Positions 13,701-23,990 of a stretch of 64,000 bases of DNA are shown piece after piece (the first letter of the stretch is position 1; each line of letters opens with the position of its first letter). The notes beneath the pieces are model-generated. The model saw only the letters and a list, made by a program, of their open reading frames with translations. It searched no databases and was not told the origin of the DNA. Source of the DNA: Paraspadella gotoi. Taxonomy: Eukaryota; Animalia; Chaetognatha. The stretch covers positions 11,197,832-11,261,831 of the forward strand of contig CM119264.1 in NCBI GenBank assembly GCA_051294375.1, in the 5' to 3' direction. The translations under genes were made by a program, and so were the position numbers.

Positions 13701-13924
13701 TCGTTTATTTTGAGTCTTTGTAAAACGGCGACGTGAAACAAAAGTCCGAAAGCTACTCCCACCGGAAATCCCAACGCCCTCTTTAGCGTCTTTCTTTCCT
13801 CGGCGTCGCTGTTGAAGAACGCCGCCAGTGAAGGACAGCGGCGCCGAAAAAAAGCGCCGATGCGCAGGCGCCAGATTAAAACGGCGCGCGATTCCGCGGC
13901 GACAAAGACGCGCTTCTTCGGCAT
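73..13924 (-). CDS. DCST1: DC-STAMP domain protein DCST1-like (sneaky/SPE-49 type) gene, 13 exons in window; C-terminal exons lie beyond position 1
   Basis: Exons joined by hand with GT-AG sites and mostly matching phases: 13694-13924, 13190-13355, 12299-12474, 11975-12168, 8816-8933, 8334-8518, 7835-7915, 7515-7669, 1752-1869, 1288-1363, 860-995, 651-765, 73-205. Family motifs occur in the right order: SPRVRCVSLL..GRTGR, FDNDYVTFYFRHIDARRKFRGKRTLLPLKKSE, CLPHP, LRLRHVITGYFYPKIQKRRILHAYN. Confidence 0.9.
651..765 (-). CDS. DCST1: DCST1-like exon 12 (ESHFNNYECLPHPKHPDVDVIVQMFSCFGIMLVLVYLE)
   Basis: CLPxP motif plus last TM helix; phase 2 in, phase 0 out, consistent with both neighbours. Confidence 0.87.
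860..995 (-). CDS. DCST1: DCST1-like exon 11 (DVVGKNAHMEFYQLAEHRIGVNVTGSGILAKMLRRLLKALNQNYT)
   Basis: DC_STAMP-domain HxxxVxVxGxGxLAxxLR motif; AG/GT boundaries in phase. Confidence 0.87.
1288..1363 (-). CDS. DCST1: DCST1-like exon 10 (ILFVLLFAGCASIWVGTDYLVWFAL)
   Basis: TM helix with conserved D; acacag acceptor and gtgagt donor. Confidence 0.82.
1752..1869 (-). CDS. DCST1: DCST1-like exon 9 (RKFRGKRTLLPLKKSERAKLIDPWSFEVPKATRKGMAAQ)
   Basis: GKRTLLPLxKxE signature; phase 2 acceptor completes the Arg codon from the 7515 donor. Confidence 0.88.
3160..5950 (+). mobile_element. Decayed Penelope-like retroelement (PLE reverse transcriptase, probable C-terminal GIY-YIG region), antisense in a DCST1 intron; ends approximate, may extend to about 6520
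   Basis: PLE motifs in order across many frameshifts: ADKG..VVMD (about 3605-3640), PLFSGQPKVHKPDLP-LRPIVS (about 3825-3890), CDLTSMFTNIS (about 4045-4077), GL-AMG-SPTSSLL-ADFMM (about 4265-4325), YRKLTHTD..PFDSHAPLSHKLATVDPLTRRA (about 4605-4706), INGYP (about 4770). Confidence 0.85.
7515..7669 (-). CDS. DCST1: DCST1-like exon 8 (AWVDFVIVTVQRVLAFAFLVVIFDA...HFDNDYVTFYFRHIDAR)
   Basis: FDNxYxTxYFxxIDxR, the start of the DC_STAMP domain; internal compensating frameshift. Confidence 0.88.
7835..7915 (-). CDS. DCST1: DCST1-like exon 7 (GKHDGEGDIMTVKEFKES/IQYEFDYRK, one indel)
   Basis: AG/GT boundaries; phase 0 join to AWVDF; needs one 1-nt correction. Confidence 0.65.
8334..8518 (-). CDS. DCST1: DCST1-like exon 6 (VNWCNFAKILGISFSCL...GFESLYATGKSVAKNFFKNFFVTLQYK), with frameshift; donor position uncertain
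   Basis: Conserved Cys pair and GFxxxY motif of the extracellular loop. Confidence 0.72.
8816..8933 (-). CDS. DCST1: DCST1-like exon 5 (CEDILLAGLDSCNSHIRKAHRKCTLTVVKGFAWICEILK)
   Basis: Regularly spaced Cys pattern of the DCST1 extracellular loop; tag acceptor and gtaaac donor. Confidence 0.85.
8956..9836. repeat. Imperfect inverted repeat, arms about 8956-9366 and 9466-9836, flanking a 25-N gap (9441-9465)
   Basis: For example aaactcgtttcgattcc (8988-9004) is the reverse complement of ggaatcgaaacgagttt (9786-9802); the arms differ mainly by indels. Confidence 0.9.
11975..12168 (-). CDS. DCST1: DCST1-like exon 4 (AFQYVVREAEGTKETEWL...VEANVVEKALFR)
   Basis: Open helical exon; phase 0 in and phase 2 out, joining to give the conserved RC dipeptide. 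Confidence 0.82.
12299..12474 (-). CDS. DCST1: DCST1-like exon 3 (NVMLNAKEAVRSLACGAGMIVNHSLTYFEAYFKPFLDVLVDLQ...)
   Basis: GPxxNxxxNxxxxxxSLxC motif continues from exon 2; gtaaag donor. Confidence 0.87.
13190..13355 (-). CDS. DCST1: DCST1-like exon 2 (RLIVSLIICLFLGCGFATSPRVRCVSLLTLPEFTGRTGRAVLTTYVAGYLLQGPT)
   Basis: SxxxRCxxLLxxPxxxGxxGR signature of the DC-STAMP family. Confidence 0.9.
13694..13924 (-). CDS. DCST1: DCST1-like exon 1 (MPKKRVF...LKRALGFPVGVAFGLLFHVAVLQRLKINDFQ)
   Basis: ATG at 13924, first TM helix, cag|gtagat donor in phase 0 with exon 2. Confidence 0.82.
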
Positions 13925-14535
13925 CGTGAGTTTTTTTTAGGCGAGTAAAAGTCTCAACATTAATAAATCGAAGAGGAAGAAAGACACGAAAAACATTAAA
14001 GCAACGAGAACGAAAATAAACATTAATTCTGAAGAAATGAATCGTGGCGTCTAAGCGAATTAAGGTAAACGAGTCGAGTTTCGCTCAGTTCTTTCTCTGA
14101 TAAAAAAAAAAATCGAATTGGAAAACGAAAATGAAACTCTGAGTCCCTTAATTCGATTGGACCGAGAGGGAAGACCGATTCGCTTTACTACTTTCCGACG
14201 ATTCGATGGTCGCCGAAGGAAAAAAAAATGGTTTAGATTGACGCCAATCGCATCCGGTCTCTGCTGTTCTTTTTTTTTTTTGCGGTCCGCGCTCTTGCGG
14301 TCTGACACTTAACGCGAAATTGGTTCCCGAAGCAATAAAGGGAAGAAGCGACGGGAGTTCGATCCAAATTGCATTTCCTTTTTTTAGAAACTTTTTTTAA
14401 ATGAAATATAAATTAAACCGATTTAAGCCAGAGGGTAAGTTCACCGAAGAGCGTACTTACCAGTCACGGAATGAAAAAACCGCCACCATTTTGTATTATA
14501 GGTTGGAAAGAAAATGAAGAAGAAAATGAACTTAC

Positions 14536-14645
14536 CTTTTTCGGCGGCGCCAAACTTTTTTTCTTCTTGATCGATGATGTTTTTAGCGACGAGAGCGATG
14601 ATCGGCTTTAGGCAGCCAATGGCGTGGTCCAACCAGCTCCGGCCT
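14536..14645 (-). CDS. MAP3K13: Exon of a DLK/LZK/Wallenda-like MAP3K N-terminus (GRSWLDHAIGCLKPIIALVAKNIIDQEEKKFGAAEK)
   Basis: tag acceptor and perfect gtaagt donor; resembles the W/F-L-x-x-x-x-GC-L-K/R-P-V motif that precedes the kinase domain in MAP3K12/13. Confidence 0.62.
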
Positions 14646-15100
14646 CTACCGGTCAGAGGACGAGGGGGAAAGAAACAAATGAACAACCGAAAAGATGCTA
14701 ATAATTATGAATTTAAAAATAAAAATAAATTGGGTCGCACCGAGACACAACTAAATGAGAAAAGGGATCCGTTGGCAACTAAAGAAGGTCAGTGAAAAAA
14801 GAAATGGGTAAAATAGTTGGTGATATTAAGGGATCAGTGCATTAATTAAAAAAATGACGGGGAAACAAAGCGAAAAAAAGACAAAAATAAACAATAAAAG
14901 GACAACAGAAAAAGACAAAAACAATCAATGAAACACAGCTCGGTCGCTGAGAGAACGGATACGAGAGAGAGAGAGNNNNNNNNNNNNNNNNNNNNNNNNN
15001 NNNNNNNNNNNNNNNNNNNNNNNNNNNNNNNNNNNNNNNNNNNNNNNNNNNNNNNNNNNNNNNNNNNNNNNNNNNNNNNNNNNNNNNNNNNNNNNNNNNN

Positions 15101-15132
<32 letters not shown>

Positions 15133-15697
15133 TGGATTCGGATTTCCAGGCCGAGCGCAGCGGCTGATTGATTTTAATGACCGAATGGAAAAATTATTCC
15201 ATTCGCGAGAAGAATAAAAAAAGAGAAACATTCTTGGCTCGAGAAAAAAAGGAAAGAAAAAACCCTCAAGCAAAAAAAAAGAAGAAAATAAAGATTTTCT
15301 CTCAGAATTTATGGTGATTGAGTTACGAGAGTTGGGAATTTAAATTCAGTCGCGCGAATAAGAGAGACCTCGTTTTGTCTCTTACATATTTTTTTATCGC
15401 TCGAAATACGGACTTGTAAAAATTGTAAAAAACACCATTAAAAAAAAAAGGAAGAGAAAAAAAAAGGAGAGAAATATAGATAGAAATTCGCCTAATGTCG
15501 AGTCGTAAATAATGTCTGTGTTTCGATCGTAAATGCTGGCCTTCGAAATGTACATATATGCATCATTCTAAATTATATTTATTCATTCTCTTCATTATCT
15601 CATTCTCTTCATTCTCTCATAAAATAAAAAAATCATTGTCATCATCAGTTTATCCGGACCGTCATTCCGTCTGTCTGTCTGTCGCTTCCGTCCAAAC

Positions 15698-15831
15698 CTT
15701 TCGCCTGAGCTTTTGTCTTCTCCGCCACCACTGATTTTCCTATGTAGCGCCACACGGGGCCGATGCAGCCCCAGATCGAGTCCAGGATGCCGGGGTTTTG
15801 ACCCCCGGGGGGACGAAGGGGAGGGGAGCGG
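15698..15831 (-). CDS. MAP3K13: Second DLK/LZK-like N-terminal exon (RSPPLRPPGGQNPGILDSIWGCIGPVWRYIGKSVVAEKTKAQAK)
   Basis: GILDSIWGCIGPVWRYIGK closely matches the recalled GFLEGLFGCLRPVWNIIGK motif; cag acceptor and aag|gtttgg donor. Confidence 0.68.
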
Positions 15832-16611
15832 CTGAGGGTAGCCGGAGAGGGTTTTCGAGGGGGGGGAGATGAGAGAGAGANNNNNNNNNNNNNNNNNNNN
15901 NNNNNNNNNNNNNNNNNNNNNNNNNNNNNNNNNNNNNNNNNNNNNNNNNNNNNNNNNNNNNNNNNNNNNNNNNNNNNNNNNNNNNNNNNNNNNNNNNNNN
16001 NNNNNNNNNNNNNNNNNNNNNNNNNNNNNNNNNNNAAAAACCCAAGAGGCGAACAAAACATGCGAACAAAAATCGTGACGTGGTTCAAGAGAGTAGTTTG
16101 TGCAATAAAAGAACACAACGAACGAAAAAAAAGAAAGAAAATAATTGACAGAGACATGAGCAAGACAAGGACTGAGACAAAAGAGACGATGGTTATGAAT
16201 TCAGGTGCGAGAAAATTAGATGGCCGTAAACAATTGGCTGGAAAAAACAAACATCAACAATCCGGAGGGGGAAGATGAGTAGAGATGAGTGATGAAGAGG
16301 AGAGATTGAGAGAGAGAGAGAGAGAGAGAGAGACGAGCGCTGAAGCAGCTATTGAAAATAAAAAAAAGAGAGAGAAAAAGAAAACGAGCGTGAGTTGCAT
16401 TGGATCCAACTGCTTTGCTATTTTGTTTTGTTTTGCGCCACATATAAGTGACAGAAAAAGCAGCATTTGCGAGTCTCTGTGCGTCGATGGTTGATAACAG
16501 GAAAGAGGAGGGTCGATTCGGGGGTCGCCCTTCTCATTTTCGACACCTTTGTCACTCCGGACGCCCACTTATCACACTCGTCAAGTATTCAGTATTCACT
16601 ATTCAGTAAGG

Positions 16612-16693
<82 letters not shown>
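16612..16693. repeat. (ATT)n microsatellite
   Basis: Pure trinucleotide run. Confidence 0.97.
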
Positions 16694-16859
16694 GACAAGC
16701 TTTTTTTCTTTCTCCAATTATTGGTAGGGAAACTAATAAAGAAGGGAAAGTTTTTGCTTGAATTTTATTTGTTTTTGCAGTTTTTATTTTCAAGTGGATT
16801 TTTTAAAAATTCATTTAGAAATAAATATTATCTATTATTTATTAGTTACCCAATTTACC

Positions 16860-16880
16860 TTCTTTCTTTCTTTCTTTTTT

Positions 16881-16970
<90 letters not shown>
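16860..16970. repeat. (TTTC)n microsatellite
   Basis: Tetranucleotide run; similar tracts near 28900-29000, 40485-40578, 54070-54262 and 62130-62316. Confidence 0.95.
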
Positions 16971-16971
<1 letters not shown>

Positions 16972-17639
16972 CACTTATTTCTGCCCAATGCCTCTCAGTC
17001 ATATTGCCGAAAGTTTGACAACCGGTGGGATATGAAAGGTTTAATCAATCAAACATAGAAGAGAAGAGAAAAAAACATTTCCCTGGGATTAAGATAACAT
17101 TGGGGAAAGGAATTGGAAAGAAATATTCGAGTACAGAGTGAGCGTAACAAAATGATCTTAAAGTTAAACCCCTGTAACTTTTTTTCTATTGTGTTATGAA
17201 AAAAAGGGTGTTTCTTCCTCTCTGTCTTCTTCAAGTTGTTTTTTTCTCTCTCCTCTCTTCTCTCTCTCTCTTCTTCTCTCTCTTCTCTCTCTCTCTCTCT
17301 CTTCTCTTCTCTCTCTCTCTTCTCTCTCTCCTCTCTCTCTCCCTCTCTCTCTCTCGGTTCAACAGGCTTCCAATTTTCGTCATTCGCAACGTAAGTAAAA
17401 ACGAGGCGTCGCCCTTCCAACAGGATTTGTTTACAATTGTTTACGATTTTGAAACGACACCCCGACCGCCGGCCGCGCGCGCGAGCGGCGGAGAGCGCGT
17501 CGTCGCGCGACGCTCCAGAGAATCTTGGGTGAGAGAAATGAGGACAAAATATTCTTCGGCGAAGATAAAAGAAAAAGAAAAAAAAGAGTCGACGTAATAA
17601 ATCGTTCTTTGCTTCCCATCGCTGCAGTTCATCAGTCTT

Positions 17640-17641
17640 GA

Positions 17642-17721
<80 letters not shown>
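17640..17721. repeat. (GA)n microsatellite, representative of dozens across the window
   Basis: Dinucleotide run; the sized gaps 14976-15100 and 15881-16035 also adjoin (GA)n. Confidence 0.95.
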
Positions 17722-17723
<2 letters not shown>

Positions 17724-18339
17724 AGTGGGAGGGAATAGCATCCAGATCGTCCCCGTCCAACTCTTCAGCCGCATAATTTTGTCATCGAGATTTTTTTCTT
17801 CTGCCTCCACTTTTTTTTGTTTTGGGATCCATAATTTTGAGGGAGAGAGGATCTCCTTTTTTTCTCTGGGGAAAGAGACTCTCAAACATATTTTAAAGTC
17901 TACATATGTAATTTAAGAGGAAGCCTGTCTTTTTTTATATATTTTTTTAAAATAATATTTGTTACAACTATTGAAATTCGGGAAAAAACCCTGTTTGGAG
18001 CTTTCAATTATTTCATTGATCTCAAAAAAAAATATTAGCATTTTCAATAAGAAATTATCAATGCAAATTATCTGAATTTTTGAATTCCGAGCGAATAACG
18101 ATTTCTGAAATTTACGCTCAAAAGAGATAGAGAGAGGTAAATTTGGAAGGAGGAAAATAAAAGACGGGAGAGAAAGAAAGAGGAGGAAAATGCAGAAGAG
18201 CATAAGAACAAGAGTATATTATGACAAAGAATGAGGAGTAAAATGAGGAACATTAAGAGAGGATGAACCATGTGGGATTGTGCAAACTCCACAGACGAGA
18301 CGGGGCGAAGTAGGAGCCGTGGGAAAGAAAGACGGGGCG

Positions 18340-18605
18340 AGACAGCCAGCGGTGGACAGATGAGAATGGAGACAGCGGAGCGGGGGACAGATGGAAAGAG
18401 GAAGCGGAGCGGGGACTGATGAGAAGAGGGACAGCAGCGGTGGACACGATGAGAATGGAGAAGCAGGAGCGGGGGACAGATAAGAATAGGGAAGCAGGAG
18501 CCGGTAAACAGATGAGAGGGAGAAGCAGGAGCGTGGGGACAGATGAGAAGAAAGAAGCAGGAGCAGTAGAACAGATGAGAAGGGGGAAGCAGGAGCGACA
18601 GACCG
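18340..18605. repeat. Degenerate purine-rich minisatellite, unit about 30 bp (gacagatgagaatggagaagcaggagcgggg-like)
   Basis: cagatgaga and agcaggagc cores recur about every 30 nt. Confidence 0.85.
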
Positions 18606-20033
18606 AGGGAAAAGGACGCCACATGAAGCAGACGTTTCGAGGTCGCTCTTCCTCAATAAAAACCTGGGCCGAATCCAAGGAAGGCGGGAGAGGGTTTTGA
18701 AAGGAAGGAGGCTGCCATCTGAGAGACCTCGTTAGGAGAGAAGGCCATCTATAAACAGGGAAGAGAAGACGGGATGCTATTTATAGAATAAGAGTTGATT
18801 AAAAGAACGGTTGTTTAACTAACTCGGAGGTAAACTTGGTTGGGATGCGAGATAATTAAGGAGGAAGGAAGAGTTGAGAGCGGCGACTCGTCTGAACGAC
18901 GTCGACGGAACCGTCAACCATCTGCGAAAGACAGATTGTATTGCAGTCGGAAAGATGTGGCTGAAGTCCGGGAGAAAGAGAAGCGGAGAGAGGATGGTTG
19001 GGTTGCCGATCGGCGATCGAAGAGCGAATAACGAAAAACCCGGAAATTCAAGAAGGAACAAAAAAAAAAATCGGGAGAGAAATTTGAGAAGGGAGATCGG
19101 GGATCGACACGAGATGTCAGCGGCGATCGAGAAATCAACTGGACTAAAAAAAAATAAAAGTGCAAAGGAATAATTTCGAGATTCGTACTGCGGAAGCATA
19201 GTTTAGCTTATCCGCGTTTCTCTCTACCGACGGAGCATGAGGGCATCAACCTCGCCCGACCCCTCTCGATAAATCTCCGCAGAACGAGGGCGCTGCGTCC
19301 CGACCGGCGCCACGATGTCTCAATGAAATAGGCTCTCAGCCATCGCTTCCCCTCTGTGCCTGGTCCCTCCCTTACCCTTTCCCACGCCCCATCGATCCAC
19401 GAGGTCTCGAACGTTGAGCCAGCCACCGATTGCCCTTCGCCCAACCCCTCGGCCTCGCAGTTTCCTTTCGTTCCCTAATGAATTTAGTCTATGTTGTCTA
19501 ATGTCTATGTCGTCTATGATAGAAAATCGGCAAGGTTGGGTAGGTTATCGGTTAAATAATACAAGTAAGAATATAAAAAGGGCTTTATGTTTTATCTGAA
19601 TAATACAGGCGTGTTTTTCATTATCATCTGAAATGAAAATTGAAATAGAAATAAAAACAGAACCACAACAACGACGACAACAATCTCTAGAGATCCTCCC
19701 AATAATGAAGAGAGAGAAAAAAAGCGGCTTCATCTCGAATGCAGATCAGAGAATTGAGACTGGACTGGATCCTCGGCCGGGGCGTTTGCCTCCCTGCAAA
19801 GCGATGTCGACCGTGCACTCTCACCCCTGCGCCGGATTTCGTCCCCCCGCTCCTGACGCCGACTCGTTCTTCCTTCCCATGACAACCCCCGCTGGGTTTG
19901 AGACGGATTTCGTAGTAGGTCCTGCCGAGCCCCCCCCCCCCCAAAAAAGCTCTTAGACTTGAATAGGGGTTTCTAGCAACGAATAGTAGTAACGCACCCC
20001 GGACGTTGGATCAATCAATCAAGAAAGAAAGGG

Positions 20034-20118
<85 letters not shown>

Positions 20119-20860
20119 TAGGGTCAGTATAACGACTAATAAAAACCAGACACTACTATTTTTCCCTTTGTCTTTAAAGACACACTTTCATTTTTTTTAT
20201 TTCGCTTCAATTTTTTTTCGTGGGAAAAAAAAGTGATTTGACGAAAGGACAGAGAATGACTCACGAATCTCCCGTGAATCTCAAAACCGCAAGGAAAACA
20301 TTTCACGTGGAGAATGAAGATAACAACTTAAAATGAATCTCACAGCTGTTAGTAATTCACAATAAAATCTTCAAAATATCGTCGTTATCGTCGTCGTCAT
20401 CGTTGGACCCGTCACCTTGTTAGACAAATAAATAAATAGCAACGAAGTTGAAAATATAATTGACGAATCCCACTCTGCTTAGCAAAAACCAGTGGTATCA
20501 CGTTCATTTAAATGGTTCTGTACAACTACTTTGACAAGATTAAGTAAAGGCATTATCGATGTCGCTTATTGCCAGTGTGAAGCCAAGCATGCAACGCTCC
20601 CCATTTAAAAGGTTGCGGGAAAAAAGTCAATATTCCCACCCATTTTTTATTCGAGGTCAGCGACCGGTTTCCTGCAGCCATCGAAAAAAAGGCGTCTCTC
20701 TCTCTCTCTCTATTTTTTTTTTTCTATTTTAAGTCTCTCTCTATCACTCTCACCAGTTCTAAGTATGTCTTTCTCAACCTTACATGAATGACCATAAAAT
20801 TCATGCCCAGGTTGTGTGAAGCCTAAGAGAGAAGTTCAGAGACACACTAAGAAAGAGAAA

Positions 20861-20923
<63 letters not shown>

Positions 20924-23777
20924 AAGGATGGCGGGTGAAATTAGGGGCAAAATCCTGAAGATAAATAGTCGTCATAAAATCCAAAATTAGCCAGAGACTC
21001 TTCCATCCGACGCGCGGGGTCTGTTGCTCTGCCCCCCAAGACGAGTATTTTCTACTCGCTTCCTTTTAGCTTTTATTATTTTAAAAATGTCAGGTTTTTA
21101 TCTACATATCCTGCACTAAAAATCCTAATCCTAACCGATAAGTGCCATTAAAAATTATTATTATATAAATATGATATTTTGCTTGCCATTACCAGTAAAA
21201 GTAACAGTCACACCAGTCTCTGATAAACTTACGCTTGTAATGAGCCAATGCCCTGGCGACAAACCAGCGCCACCGATTACTTTTTTCACAACATTACCAA
21301 CTAGATAACCGGTGACGTCAAAAATCTCTCTGTCTCTGTCTGTTTGTCTGTCACTCTCTGACCCTGTAATGTCATCGATGCAAAATTTTCTTTCGCGGAT
21401 TCAAAAATTCTTTATTGGATTTATTGGATTCGTTAAAATGAATGGTTAGATTAAAATTAAATAAAACTAATTCATCGTCTCATAAATGATTCAATTTCCG
21501 CTATTCATTCTCAATTTTGAATGATTCGTGACCCTCGGATTCAGACTCTGAGGAGTTAGGATGCAACACCTCGCCTCGTCAGAAAGGGAGGCGGAGAGAG
21601 AGAGAGAGAGAGAGAAGAGAGAGGAGAGAGAGAGATAGAGAGAGGAGAGAGAGAGATAGAGAGAGAGAGAGAAGAGAGAGAGAGAGTCCTAGATTTCGCC
21701 CCAATAATGAAGTCTTGCGGGGTCGAAGGTCATGGGATTCGAAGGGTCATGAAAATCTCGTTGACATTTCCTTGCCAGGTACTGGGGAAAGTCGAGGTAA
21801 GGAAATGGGGGCAAAGGACGGGAAGGGCTGGATGGAAAGACGAAGCAAGTTTGATGTTCAAGAGTCGAGTAGCACAAAAATTAAATAACCGACATGACAG
21901 ATACAGAATTTTATGGGAACAAAATTCAACAAAAGAAAGAAATGAAAATTAACGGTAAAAAAACTCAGGTTTTACAAAATAACCAAAGAAAAACATAGAA
22001 AAAAAATTTTTTGCCAAGAAATAACTTCAGTGGCCAAGTCTGATGTTGATGGAGTCAGAAAGAAAAAAAAGAGACAAAAAAAAGTAAAGACGAGAGAAAA
22101 GGAAAAAAAGAATGAGACTCATGAAAGTTGAAGGAAGGTCCCGAGATAAAACTGCCGAAAGGATCAGTGAGAAAAAACTATGTGGAGACAATGGGTACTC
22201 TGAATGGACCGAGGGAATGGAAACTAGAATCTAAAAAGGCAGTAAAGCCGATAAGGAGGAGAGAGAGAGGAGAGAAGAGAGAGAGAGAGAGGAGAGAGAG
22301 AGGAGAAGAGAGGAGAGAGAGAGAGAGAGTCGCCCGTCCTTTAAATGGAAGTCTGAGCGAGAGAGAAGATAAGTCTGTCCCGACTGATATGACGTTTAGC
22401 GAGAATAAAATCCGAACTGTTTTGTTTCTGCTCTGCCGTTTTTAAAATTTTTCTGGCTGTGCGCATATTGTGTGTATATTCTTAGACTTATCTCCACTTC
22501 AAAAACAGACGAATTTTAGGGAAAAAAAAGAAGAAAAAAAAGAAAAAAAAAAGAGGAAAACCCAAAGCTTAAACGATGAAACGTTAAGAGGCGATTAAAG
22601 CTTAAAACCTTAAAACCACATCCCGCGTCGAACAATACAATTCGACCTCCCACGACCGGTTTGAGGTGGCTCTCCGGGAGATGCTCCCCTATCTCATTAG
22701 CCCCGTCCGTGGGTCCCTCCACGTTTCTACAGGCCTCCGTTAACCATAGCAACGAAGCCGCGATTAAATAAACTTTAAAAAAAAAGTTGGATTAAATTTC
22801 CTTTCTCGAGAAGCGACGGCCGGAGTCTGTTGGTTCCCAGATTTGTCGATAGCGAATTATCGAATATCAAATTTGCGAAAAAAAAAACCCATCGATAAAA
22901 CAACAACAAAAACAGAAGAAAACCGCGAATCTGGCCGAAGTAAAGAAAAGAATAGGAGAGGAAAGAATTAGGGAAGGAATAAACGAATAAATAAAATTAG
23001 GCAGACGAATGGGCTCCGAGGCACAGGAAGAAAACAACAGCAGTCGAAATCTGGCGGGAGAAAAGGCAAAACCGGAGAAAAACAAATGAACGCACACGGA
23101 GAAAAAGAAAGGAAGTGGGAAAGAAAGAACGAATGTTAAAAGAGAAAGAAAGCATAAGGAAAAAAACCAAAAAATAGAGGGGAGAGAAAAGGAGCAAGAC
23201 TTTGCCTCTTTTATGTAGACCAGCAAGTTCCTGCGGTGTTTTACTTTTCAAGCTAGATACCGGTTTTTTATCGCAAGCTTCCGGGTTTTATGGCCAGGCC
23301 GTTTTAGGAAATGTCCATCGAACGATGCCAAACATCACCCCAGCTCAGTCAATACATCTATTTCGTTTATCGTTCCATTTTATCTTTTTTTTTTTTTACT
23401 ATTGTCTTTTTTCTCGTCCTATATTATTTTTCTCTTTTTATCCTTTTTATCTCTTTCTCTGTCTCTCACTCTCTCTCTCGTTTTGCCGATTTTATCTTTT
23501 AATCCCATTTTATTTCGTTTTCTCTTCCGCCATTTTTTCCTCCTCCTCCTCCGCCTCCGCCTCCTCCTCCTCCTCCTCCACTACCACCACCTCTTCCTCC
23601 TCCTCCTGATTTTCCTCCTTAATTCCCCGCTTACAATAACGAACTCTCCCGAGCGGGGCCTCGCCTAACTGCCAATTTCTTACTCACCATTAACACCGCA
23701 GTCCACGCCGGTAACTACACCTCTATCTTACTCTCCCGTTAATCTATCACCACAACTCCGTATTACGTTTATTCTGA

Positions 23778-23990
23778 CCCGGTGACACAATGAGTAAAGA
23801 CCTCAGCTCATGACCAAGCGTACCGGGTTCAATCCCAATCCGTTGCCTACCCTTAAGGAAGCGTGAGAATGGCCGAGAACCGCCTTGGGGACATAGAAAA
23901 CCCTCAAGCCTGGTTCCAAGTCCAAGCTCAGAACCAGTTCCAATGTTCAATGGCTGCTAAAGGGGGTTAAAGAGATTGCGGTTAGGCGTT
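23778..23990 (+). mobile_element. Possible tRNA-derived SINE
   Basis: A-box-like tgacacaatgag at about 23783 and B-box ggttcaatcc at about 23826 with tRNA-like spacing; no full cloverleaf. Confidence 0.45.

Noticed and set aside
13925-14535. Head-to-head DCST2 partner or DLK kinase-domain exon
   Set aside because: No DC-STAMP motifs on the plus strand and no kinase motifs on the minus strand were found
17049-17916. Long ORFs with SLSLSL/RERERE tracts, here and at many other sites
   Set aside because: Translations of (GA)n/(CT)n microsatellites, which lack stop codons
18340-18605. CRISPR-like periodic repeats
   Set aside because: Contiguous degenerate units with no unique spacers, no cas genes, eukaryotic context
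23781-23840. tRNA gene
   Set aside because: A and B boxes are present but no convincing acceptor stem or cloverleaf; kept only as SINE-like
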